Assembly (NCBI RefSeq): GCF_009914755.1 | Contig: NC_060933.1 | Length of the DNA: 64,000 nucleotides | Reading direction: 5' to 3' (one strand) | Origin: the human T2T-CHM13v2.0 reference genome, Homo sapiens | Shown here: one piece after another, positions 53,570-64,000 of the stretch | Position numbering within the stretch: position 1 is the stretch's first letter | Layout of the letters: each line of letters begins with the position of its first letter | Program-made: the position numbers and the translations under genes | Notes under the pieces: model-generated | The model's database searches: none | The model's input: only the letters and a program-made list of their open reading frames with translations | Told to the model about the DNA's origin: nothing

Positions 53570-55602
53570 ATAATTCAGAAAATCCAAAATAATCTACAAA
53601 AAAACTCTTCCTGAAACCAGTAAGTGATTATTGAAAGGTTGCAGAATATAAGACTAATTTATAAAAATTAGTTACTTTTATATACCAACAATGAAAAAGT
53701 GGAATTTGAGATTGAAAACACATTACCATTTATTTTAGCACACACAAAAATGGAATAGTTAAGCATAAATCTAACAAAATATGTATAAGATCCATATCAG
53801 GAAAACTATAAAACTTTGATAAAAAATATCAAAGAAGAACTAAACAAATGGAAAGATATTTCATGTTAATGAATAAGAAGACTCATTAATGTCAGGATTT
53901 CAGTTCTTCCTAACTTGATTTATAGACTTAATACAATCCTAATAAAAATCTCAATAACTCATTTTGTGAATATTGACAAACTGATTGTAAAGTTTATATG
54001 AAGTGGCAAAAGACCCAGAATAGTCAACACAATATTGAAGGAAAAGGTGGAGGGCTGACATATCCGACTTCGAGACTTCCTATAAAGCTAGTTATCAAGA
54101 CAGTGTAGCTATTGGCAAAATGACAGACAAATAGATCAATGGAACAGAAAAGAGAGCCAAGAAGTAGATCCACATACACATAATCAAGTAATTTTTGACA
54201 AAAAATCAAAGGCAATACAATAGAGAAAAAATAGTCTTAGTGCTGGAACAACTGAATACGCACATTAAAAAAAGAATTTATATACAGATCCTACACTGCT
54301 CCCATAAATGGACTCAAAAGCAAACATAGACCTAAAATTAAAATGCAGAACTGTATAATGAGTAGAAAATAACACAGGAGAAAATCTGAATGACCTTAGG
54401 TATGGTGATGGCTTTTTATATACATTAAGGTATGATCAGTGAAATAAATAATTGATAGTCTGGGCCTCACTGAAATTAAATACTTCTGCTCTGCAAAACC
54501 CAAAAGAATGAGAAGACAAGCCACAAACTGGGAGAAAACATTTGCAAAAGACATCTAATAAAAGACTGTTATTCAAAATATGCAAACAACTTTTAAAATT
54601 CAACATAAGAAACCAAAAACCTGATTGAAAAAATGGACAAAATACTTTAACACAGCCTTGATAAAGAAGACATGAAGATAGCTAATAGATATATGAAAAA
54701 TCTTTTAATATCATAGGTCCTTAGGAAATTGCAAATTAAAACAACAATGAAATATTACTACACACCTATATTAGAGTGTCCACAATGCAAAATATTAACA
54801 ACACAAAATTCTGGTAAGGATGTGGAACAGCAGGAATTCTCATTTATTGTGGTGGGAATGCAAAATGGTACAGCCACTTAGAAAAACAGTGTGGCAGTTT
54901 CTTACAGAACTAAACATATTCTTACCATATAATCTCACAATCACACTCCTTTGTATTTACTCAAGTAAGTTGAAAACTTATGTCCACACAAAAATGAGCA
55001 CATGAATATTCGTAACAGCTTTGCTCATAATGGCAAAAAAAAAACTTGAAAGCAATCAAGATACCCTACGGTAGATGAATGGATAAACTGTAGTATATCC
55101 AGATGATGAAATATTATTCAGCACTAAAATATTATTCAACATGAGTTATCAAGCCATGAAAAAACATGGAGAAACCATAAATGCATATTACTAAGTGAAA
55201 GAAGCCAATCTGAAAAGCTACATCCTGAATTATTCCACCTATATAAATTTCTAGAAGAGACAAAGTATGAAAATAGTAAAAGTATCAATAGTTACCCAGA
55301 GTAAGGAAGAATGAATAGGTGAAGTATAGAGGACTTTTAGGTAAGTGAAACTACCCTATATGAGACTGTAATGGTGGACACATGCCATTATACATTTTTT
55401 CAAAACCCATAGAATGCAGACATCCAAAGTTGGGTAATAATGTTTCAATGTAGGCTCATTGATGCTACCAAATGTACCATTCTGTTGGGGGATGTTGATA
55501 ATGGGGCAGGATATGTAGGTGTGCATGCAGAGGTTTGGGGGGCAATCTGTATTTCTTCATCTGAAGTTTGCTATGAACCTTAAAATCTGCTCTAAGAAAT
55601 AC
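53570..55602 (+). mobile_element. L1MC1/L1MC2-like ORF2 3' part and 3' UTR
   Basis: 'gtgaaagaagccaatctgaaaagctaca', 'atggtggacacatgccattatacattt', 'ggggatgttgataatgggg...tgaacct'. Confidence 0.85.
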
Positions 55603-57914
55603 CTTCTAATAGCAGATGACTGAAATGAAATAAACAGTGAAATTCAGAAATTATTCTATTGGATGCTAAATCTTGAATATTAGGAAAAATTCAGATGGTT
55701 TTAGTTTTTCTGCTCTTGTTTATGTGAGTATTTAAATTTGTATAAATTCAGTTCCTAGGTTTGATTCTGACTGCATAAATGACCCCACAGTTTGCTTTCC
55801 TGAATAGATGGTATTGATTATTTTCTAACTATTTCTTTAAGCCCACTGATTTTAGCATTTTGACTGAACTAACTTACTACTTAGCAGTTCAAAGAGAGAA
55901 TGAAAGTGGACAATTGTTGTTTACTTTCCTTTAGAAATAGCTGGAGGCTAAATGTTAAAGGTGAGTTTTGCAGCTCTGATACAGTCAATAATTGTGGTTA
56001 AAGCCCTAATAAACTGTTCAAGATTAAGTGGCATACAAATTCAAGCAAGGTGGCTCCAAAATTTCTGTTAGGAGCACATTATAAGTTGTCATTTTTATAG
56101 AGTTAGTTATGTGAACCTTTCAATATGTTAGATTACACTATTCTATTCCAAATCTAGGTATGAAGAAACATTCTTCCACAGGGGACAATATCCACTCTCA
56201 TCTGACTCTTATCTTGAGGTCAGAATTAATGGAGTGAAGGTATCTCAATCTTCCCCTAAACTTGGTGTGATAACCAAAAAAACTCATGTCATGGAAGAAT
56301 ACATAGGAAAGCTGTTCCTTCTTTGCTTCACTTCCTTTTTATAATTGGACCTCTGGGCAGTGAAATAAGACAGGATGGCTTGATCTATGCTTTCTATGTG
56401 AAGATGAGGTACAAAACTTCACTTTCTGTTAAGGTTATGCTAATTTTACTTCCAAGACCCTGATAATTTAGTTGTACAATTCATCTTCTATAGAGAGCAA
56501 TGTGGTAGATAACCCACATTCAGAATTAATTACCATAAATCAGAAGTATATTCATTGTATTACTGTGAGATCTTTCATTTCCCAGGAGGAAATGTCCCAT
56601 CTACAAATGAACCCTTTACAGGTTCAATTATATCTTCTCATTTCTTTTCTCTTTCAGGCACAGCATAATGTCTATAATTTAGCTTTATATTTTCTTTTTT
56701 ACAGAAAGTATCCAACTGCTAGGAAGTAAGCCCAATTATCACTAGTGATAGAACAAATAGAAAAATGACAGTGTTCCTCAAAGCTATCTGCTTAGTATAA
56801 GTCTGCAGCTGCCTTTTCCTCATGACCATTTGGTTCAATTAAGTGAACTGCATTTGAGATTTATTATTGAACAAAAAAAAGTTGACTGGGGCTGGAAAAA
56901 AAATAAAAAATTGTTTCTCTTTACCATGAAATGAGTCTTGCTGCTGCCTACATATATCTCTGTAATTGGACTGCATTAATCATAGTGAATGTGCTAGATG
57001 TATATTGACCCTGTGTGATAAATAGCCCAAACTGAATAATTCTGAGTACCTCATGTTTCCTTGTTCAATATACTTACGCAGAGGAAAACTAATAATCAAG
57101 AAATAATTATAATTTCGTTCACTATATTCAATCTTTCTTAGGTTTTGTGACTTTTCATAAACAACCAGGTTTTGCATCTGGAAAAATAACTCAACCACGT
57201 TATAATCTTCCTGGCATGTCCTAGTAGATTCCTTGGTATTTTAAAGTCAATACAATATCTCTAACACTAAGTAAACATTATTGGTGTTCTTAGCTATCCA
57301 AGTAATGTTCAGGATTAGTCAGAGGAACTACATACTTAATTTAATTAAACGTAAAATAATTCCTTTTCTTGGGGTTCTATCCTAACTTTCAGGTTTTAAT
57401 TCCTCTTGTTCCCTACAGCTGGGGTTACACTTGACCTGTAGGTTCAGCTTAGCCATAGCACCACAGTCAAGGTAATAAAGTTTGTTGGTTTTTATTATCC
57501 CATCACCTGGATTTAAAGGCAACTTTAAAACCTTTTGATCCTAAAGTGATTCTGGAGTCATGAATAGACTCCTGCCATGGTTGTAAGTTTTATTCTTCCT
57601 CTTGCTCTCCCTGAATGCCTTGGTTGTTTTATAGTCAGATGTCTCCAGAACTGATCAGCTTACGAGGACAAGCAAAACAATATTAACTACTGAAATTCGC
57701 TACCCCTCACTCCCACTGGCAAGGAAATGTCTCAGGTCCATTCCATGAACATCTTGGTCAATCATTTCTCCACCAGTCCCTCAGAGAAGTTTTTGAAGAT
57801 TAATGTCTTGTGTGACACTATTAATGTGATACTGTTAATCATTCCTCACGAAGATATTTTCTAGAATTTTAACTTAGAGGAAATACTGAAAATGAAGACA
57901 GCCTTTTAGAGAAA

Positions 57915-58128
57915 AGTGTCCTGGTGCAATGGAAAAGAACATAGATTCTTATGTTAGGATCTTGGCTCCGTTATTAACTAGTCATGTGACCACTTAACCT
58001 TAACCTTTCCCAGCTTTTATTTCATTTTCTACCAAATGTGGACAATAATGCTTTTATCAAAGGACTTTTGGAAAATATGATGAACAGTATCTGGCACAGA
58101 ATAGATGCTCATTAAGTGTTAGCTATTT
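57915..58128 (+). mobile_element. MIR
   Basis: 'aactagtcatgtgacc...tggcacagaatagatgctcattaagtgttagcta'. Confidence 0.65.
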
Positions 58129-58639
58129 GCCTATTCTTTTTTGCAAATGTTAGACAATGTCAAGCTAACATAGAACAATATCTACCAAATATGATTGCTA
58201 TTATCCTTGGGGAGATGACAGAATAAATTTTCATGAATAGGCCTAAAAATAACATTCCATTTCATTTCCCACCACCTAGTATGTAATATAAAACCTCACA
58301 TATTTGGCATGAATAGTTTTGAATTCATTTCTTGAATAACATTGTGTATTCTTTTACAATGGAAAATATTCAACTTTTTAATTTTTTTCTCTCTTCCTCT
58401 ATATGTTCTGAAAATAGTACTTGTCTTGTCACTTTTTCTGCATTCTTAAAATAAGACATATTCACTTTTCCTCAAAGTTAAATATTACCATACCTGCCTC
58501 ACACATTGCTCCATCACATTTTCCTCTATTTCCTATAATGCTAATTGCTCTTCCTCTGACTTCTCTTCAGTCTATAAAGAATGATAAAGACTCATCTATT
58601 CTAAAATTTTTTTTCTCAAACTATCACTCAATATTTCTT

Positions 58640-60040
58640 CTTTTCTTCATTGGTAACTAATTGGAGGAATAATCACTTGATGGCTTCATTTCTTGCTCTC
58701 TCCAGACATTCCTTGAGTCTAAACCCTTGGTAAGGCATTAGCAATTGTGCAAGTGCTAAATCTAGTGGTCACTTTTATTCAGATCCCACCTCATCTCTTT
58801 CTAAAGCACTTGATTCTGTTGACCATTTTTTTAATTCTTTCTATTCTTGTTTCCAGGGCCAGCACAGCTTGCTATTGCTCCTTTGGTCATTTCATGTCTT
58901 GACCCCAGGCTTCCCCTCTTACGGAGTACTACTAAATGTGTTTCTTATGGCACTAACTTTGATCCTCATTTGTTTCTTCATCTTAGTAAATGAGATGCAT
59001 AATCTCATCTGCTTTCATGGCCTCAACTACTCTTTGTATGTAGACAGCTCTGAAAGCTCTATATCTATCTATATCTGTATCTATATCTATATCTATATAT
59101 CTGTAAATTAGTGTATCTTCTCAGTCCACAAGTACATTTTAAATTTCCTGGTCTGCCAGAGGCATTTCAGACTCAACATGCTCAAAACTGAAATCCTTGT
59201 ATAGCCTCATTTCCATTGCCATCCCCCACCCGATACTTCCCATCCTATGAATTCTATCCTAAAAAATGTTGTTAGTATACATAAATTTTCTGTGGTAAAT
59301 TCTTTTGTGACAACCCGGATATTCTATCCTCTTCTTTCTCCCACTTCACATTTCATTGGTCATAATAGCCAATTAATTCTACTTCAAATATGTGTAGTGA
59401 ATTCTGTTTCCTTACCATCTCCATTGCTACTGACTTACATCATGATTGCAACTATTATAATAGGCTCCAAAAGGGATTTTTAAAAATTTTACTTGCTTTT
59501 GTTATCAGATGAGTCCCAGCAGGGCTATAAATTATACTGTCAACAATACAGCAAAGACTAAACCTCCTAGCATCATCTTCATGGCCCTGCCTTCATAGTT
59601 TTGCTACTACTAGCATTTCCATTTCATTTTTGTTTCTTCTCACTCTACAACCCTAATCTCCAATCATTTTGTAATTATCGCAGAACTCATAATGTCCATT
59701 CACAACTCTGAGTTTTGAACACATTACTTCCTTTGATGAGCATACGTTTTTCTAATTACTTTTTCCCTTAAAAAATTCTTACCCATTTCTTGATATCACT
59801 CAAATAAAACATGCTCTATAGAACCTTTCCTGATGCCCCCAAACCTAGTTAGTTCTTCCCTTTTTTGCAATCCATTGGCTCCTTGTCTTTCATTTGAATC
59901 CTAATTTCACTGTAGTTGTCATTTTGCACATCTGTATCCCTTACTGAAACTATAATATAGGCCAGTGTCTCATTTTTCTTTGATCTTTCTGTTGATAGCA
60001 TAGTGCCTGAAAAAATGATGCTCAAAAAATGAATGAGTAA
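58640..60040 (+). mobile_element. L2 ORF2 3' part/3' end
   Basis: 'aaatctagtggtcactt', 'ctcatctgctttcatggcctcaacta', 'agactcaacatgctcaaaactgaa', 'agcatagtgcctg...gctcaaaaaatgaatga'. Confidence 0.7.
59058..59101. repeat. (TCTATA)n microsatellite
   Basis: tctatatctatctatatctgtatctatatctatatctatatatc. Confidence 0.8.
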
Positions 60041-60071
60041 ACAGAACAGCTCAAGGCAGTCTTGAAACTAC

Positions 60072-60074
<3 letters not shown>

Positions 60075-60106
<32 letters not shown>
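60075..60106. repeat. (AT)16 microsatellite
   Basis: Perfect AT run. Confidence 0.92.
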
Positions 60107-60110
<4 letters not shown>

Positions 60111-60114
60111 CTTT

Positions 60115-60412
60115 GGCTGGGCATAGTGGCTCATGTCTGTAATGCCAGCATTTGGAAGGCTGAGGCGGGCAGATCACTTGAGGTCAGGAGTTCAAGACAA
60201 GCCTGGCCAACATGGCAAAACACTGTCTCTGCTAAAAATACAAAAATCAGCTGGGCGTAGTTGTGTGGACCTGAAGTCCCAGCTACTTAGGAGGCTGAGG
60301 CAGGAGAATCGCTTGAACCTTGGAGCAGAAGGTTGCATTGAGCGGAGATCACATCACTGCACTCCAACCTGGGCAACAGAACAAGACTCTGTCATCCCAC
60401 CCCAAAACAAAA
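60115..60412 (+). mobile_element. AluS (Sz/Sx-like)
   Basis: Full dimer with 'gatcacttgaggtcaggagttcaagac'; degenerate tail. Confidence 0.9.
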
Positions 60413-61868
60413 GGTATTTAGTATAGGAATGTTGGCATAAATGTTTATGTGCTAGCCCCATTTAAAAATGACCCAGTTGCCATGTGTCTAATTACTATTT
60501 CATCGTCACCTTTTTCTCCACAATAATTGCTGTAATATTTATTAATATAATCAGTACTATAAAATTTTAGTGCTAAATTATATGTCTCAAGTTTGCAGAT
60601 TACCAGATTGTAGCTACTTGATAATTTTTCTATCCAGCCAGACTTCACAAGGACCAGTTATTGTGGCCACAGAGTAGGAAATTACTCAGTACGTTATCAT
60701 TTACGGCAGAATTATGTTTATAAATCATGGCCTTGAGAGTTTTCTCATTAAATCTGTGAGTCTAAATGCTTGTGGATAGATATGATGGCTAAGCATAAAT
60801 CATACTAATGAAATGGTTAACTAAAGGTCCTACTGTGAAACAGATTTATATTTAAAAAGATTATTATTTGCAGCACTTTTGAAACATATCAGTTGAATAG
60901 GAGCACAGAAGATATTTCTGAGAAACACATTTGTATAAGTCTGTTACTCATATTAAGATGTGGCTAAAGTAAGTATGTCATAATCAGCCAGGAAACTATA
61001 GGAAACAACCTTGACACTTCTATTAAGAAGGTGCAAACATACCAGTAAAAATGAGTTCATTTATTAGTTCTCAGATGCCTTTGAAAGCATGACTTTTTTT
61101 TTTTCAATTTTAATTTTCCCCATCTGCTTTCCAAACACTGAAGCAAAATGTTTGGAAGCAAAGTGAGGCTGCCTAGTAGAGACTTATCATGGTTAAATGC
61201 AGCACAAGATTTCCTATTAATATTTTAATTTATCTACCACTCTTGGCTTCATATGAGCAAACATGAGAAACAAAGACCACTGTCAGACCAATTTGTTTCT
61301 TTCCTTCTATTTATTCTGTCCTATAAAAGGAATGTTTTATAAAGATTTTTTCTTCATTATATCTTAAGAGATTATTCATCTACTCTAAAATTTTGTTGTC
61401 GGAGGTGATTTGTAAACACACTTGAACATATTTATTCAGTATATTATGCTATTTTATCCATATTATGCTATGCTATGTATGTAAAATATAAAATCACTCT
61501 ACCCTCCTCTACTCTGGACCTTTTGCAGTCAAAAATGTCTATTTTCATACTTTGTTAAACATTTTAATATAGACTTATCCTTTACAACTACCATAATAAA
61601 TACTTAAAAAACACGTAAAGATCAGAGTATTTCCATAGTCATTAACCAGCACTTGGCCTTTAACGTGGTATATCTGTGTGAGTCTGATAAAACCTGAAAA
61701 AATATTTAAAAACAGAAAATTATTAATCAATATTGTGTTCACACTTTCATTGTTAATTATAATTGAATCAAGGTATCTGTATTACAAAAAGCTATTGTCC
61801 AACAGTAAGATGTTATATGCTTGAATTTCATAGGTAAGTTAAATACATGCTTTGTTTTTCTTGGTAGT

Positions 61869-62245
61869 CAACATGGTTTGGCTGTGTCCCCACCCAAATC
61901 TCACCTTGAATTGTAGTTCCCATAATCTCTACGTGTCATGGGTGGGACCCAGTGGGAGGTAATTTAATCATGGGGGCAGTTACCCTCGTGATGTTCTCAT
62001 GATAGTAGGCGAGTTCTCATGAGATCTGATGGTTTTATAAGGGACTTTTCCTCCTTTTGTTTGACACTTTCTCCTTGCTGCCACTATGTGAAGAAGCACA
62101 TGCTTTCTTCCCCTTATGCCATGATTATAAGTTTCCTGTAGGCTCCCCAGCCCTGCCGAACTGTGAGTCAACTAAACCTCTTTTCTTTATAAATTATCCA
62201 GTTTCAGGCATGTCTTTATTAACAGCATGAGAACAAACTAATACA
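61869..62245 (+). mobile_element. THE1C solo LTR
   Basis: 'atggtttggctgtgtccccacccaaatctc...tgtagttcccataat...actaataca'; TSD GTAGT at 61864-61868 and 62246-62250. Confidence 0.92.
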
Positions 62246-62514
62246 GTAGTTACGTCATGGAAATAGAGTTTACTGAAAAACACATGGGCTAGCAAATAGT
62301 TACCCTCTAGAACACAAATACAAATGAAATTTTAATTTCTAAATGGTAGGTATTTCCTTTTATTAATTAAACTAACACCATCCTTCAAAAATTTATAAAA
62401 AATTGTCATACAAACAGTGATACATGTGCATGCTAAAGATAACTTGGTTCATATCTGAAGTCAAGCAGCTAGCAACTTATTTTATGTGTTAAGCACCAAA
62501 ACTACTAGAACAGC

Positions 62515-63735
62515 TACATTGAGATATGATTGACAAATCAAAATTATATGTATTCAATGTGTACAATGTGATTTCATATACTTAGACATTCTGTCATGAT
62601 TTTCATAATCAAATCCATTAACATATCTATCACTACCCACAGTTACTATTTGCATGTGTGTGTGTGTCTGCTCTCTTCAAATTTTAAGTAAACAATACAG
62701 CATAATTAACTATATTCATCATACTGTAAATTAGATCTCCAGGACTTATTCATCTTACAATTCAAACTTTGTACCCTTTGTACATCTCCCTATTTACATC
62801 AGCCCCCAGCCCCTAGGAACCACCTTTCTACTTTCTGCTTTTTGAATGTTTTAAATTCCACATATAATGAGATCACACAGTATTTTTCTTTCTGTGTATG
62901 GCTTATTTCACTTTACATAACGTCTCACAGGTTCAACCATAATGTCACAAATGGCAGGATTTACTTCTTCTTAAAGGCTGAATAGCATAACATTGTGTAC
63001 ATAAACCATATTTTCTTTATTTATCTCTCAGCAGACACTTAGGTTGCTTCCATATCTTAGCTATTGTGAATAATGCTGCAAAAAAACATAGCACTGCAGA
63101 TATTATTTCAAGAACCTGACTTCACTTCCTTTGGATATATACCCAGAAATTAGGTTGTTGAATCATGTCGTGGTTCTATTTTTAATTTTTTGAGGAGCCT
63201 TCATACTGTTTTCCATGATGATCATACCAATTTGTATTCCCACCAATGGTATACAAGGGTTCCCTTTTTTCCATACCTTCACCAACACTTGTTACCTCTT
63301 GTCTTTTTCATAATAGCCATTCAAACAGATGTGAGGTGATACCTCATTGTGGTTTTGATTTGCATTATCATGAGGATTAGTTATGTTGAACAGCTTTCCA
63401 TATGCTTGTTGGTTATTTGTATGTCTTCCTTTGAAAAATGTCTATTCAGGTCCTTTGCTAATTTTTAAATTAGATTATTTGCTTCTTTGCTATTTAGTTG
63501 TGTGAGTTTCTTATATTTAGATATTAACGCCTTATCATATACAAGGTTTGCAAATATTTTCTCCCATTTTGTATGTTGCCTTTTTATGTTGTTAATGTTT
63601 TTCTTTACTATGCAGACATTCTCTAGTTGGATATAGTCACTTGTTTATTTTTGTGAAAAACAATGTCAAGGAGTTTTTTCCCTATTTTCTTCTAGGAGTT
63701 TTAGAGTTTTGGTTCTGCTATGTAAGTCTTTAAAC
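62515..63735 (-). mobile_element. L1MA (L1MA8/9-like) 3' fragment
   Basis: Reverse L1MA 3' UTR 'ttagatctccaggacttattcatc...ctttgtaccctttg' and ORF2 end 'ctcattgtggttttgatttgcatt'. Confidence 0.85.
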
Positions 63736-64000
63736 TACTAGATCATTTGTAGCCATTTATTAATAACATATTTATGTGTATCCAGTACCAGTCTTAATTT
63801 TAACGTTAGAAAGCCAAACTCGGTTAATGACTCTGTATGTAAATACTTTGAATCAATGATTAGCATGAACAACAAAATATTTTGAACGATTAGCATGAAC
63901 AATGAAAGTTAACATGTGGAAATGATTTATAAACATGGGAGATTCATTTGCTAATTATTTTTCCAGTGATGAATATTATAATATCATTAATTCGTTAGGT

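Noticed and set aside
61126-61159. Small inverted repeat gctttccaaaca/tgtttggaagc
   Set aside because: Only an ~11-bp stem with no supporting context.
61820-61839. 'tttcatag|gtaagt' as a recursive splice site
   Set aside because: Polypyrimidine tract too weak and no established host intron.

Overview
AT-rich, CpG-poor primate (human-like) genomic DNA dominated by transposable elements. No intact protein-coding gene, RNA gene, CRISPR array or prokaryotic system is supported; nearly all ORFs in the track are TE remnants or chance ORFs. The main structure is a complete ERV1 provirus of the MER4/MER39/MER34 group at 5910-20752 (two LTRs, PBS, PPT, 4-bp AATC TSD). It has been invaded by a full THE1 MaLR provirus, two AluS, a free Alu monomer and a twin-primed, 5'-inverted L1PA. 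The rest contains solo LTRs (MLT1, MER21, MST, MER34, THE1C), a ~6.3-kb L1MA9-like element, L1MC/L1MA fragments, L2/MIR, hAT-Charlie MITEs and microsatellites. In unique DNA I found: a candidate pair of last exons of an unidentified + strand gene (2158-2184 and ~4593-4670, with a possible alternative acceptor at 34020), an 86-nt hairpin (1561-1646), an AT-rich palindrome (48294-48389), an isolated ancient LINE-like ORF2 motif (~50850-50945) and several motif-rich stretches that may be conserved enhancers. Subfamily names come from recalled consensus sequences and need RepeatMasker/Dfam confirmation. I cannot support a genuinely new biological system here.
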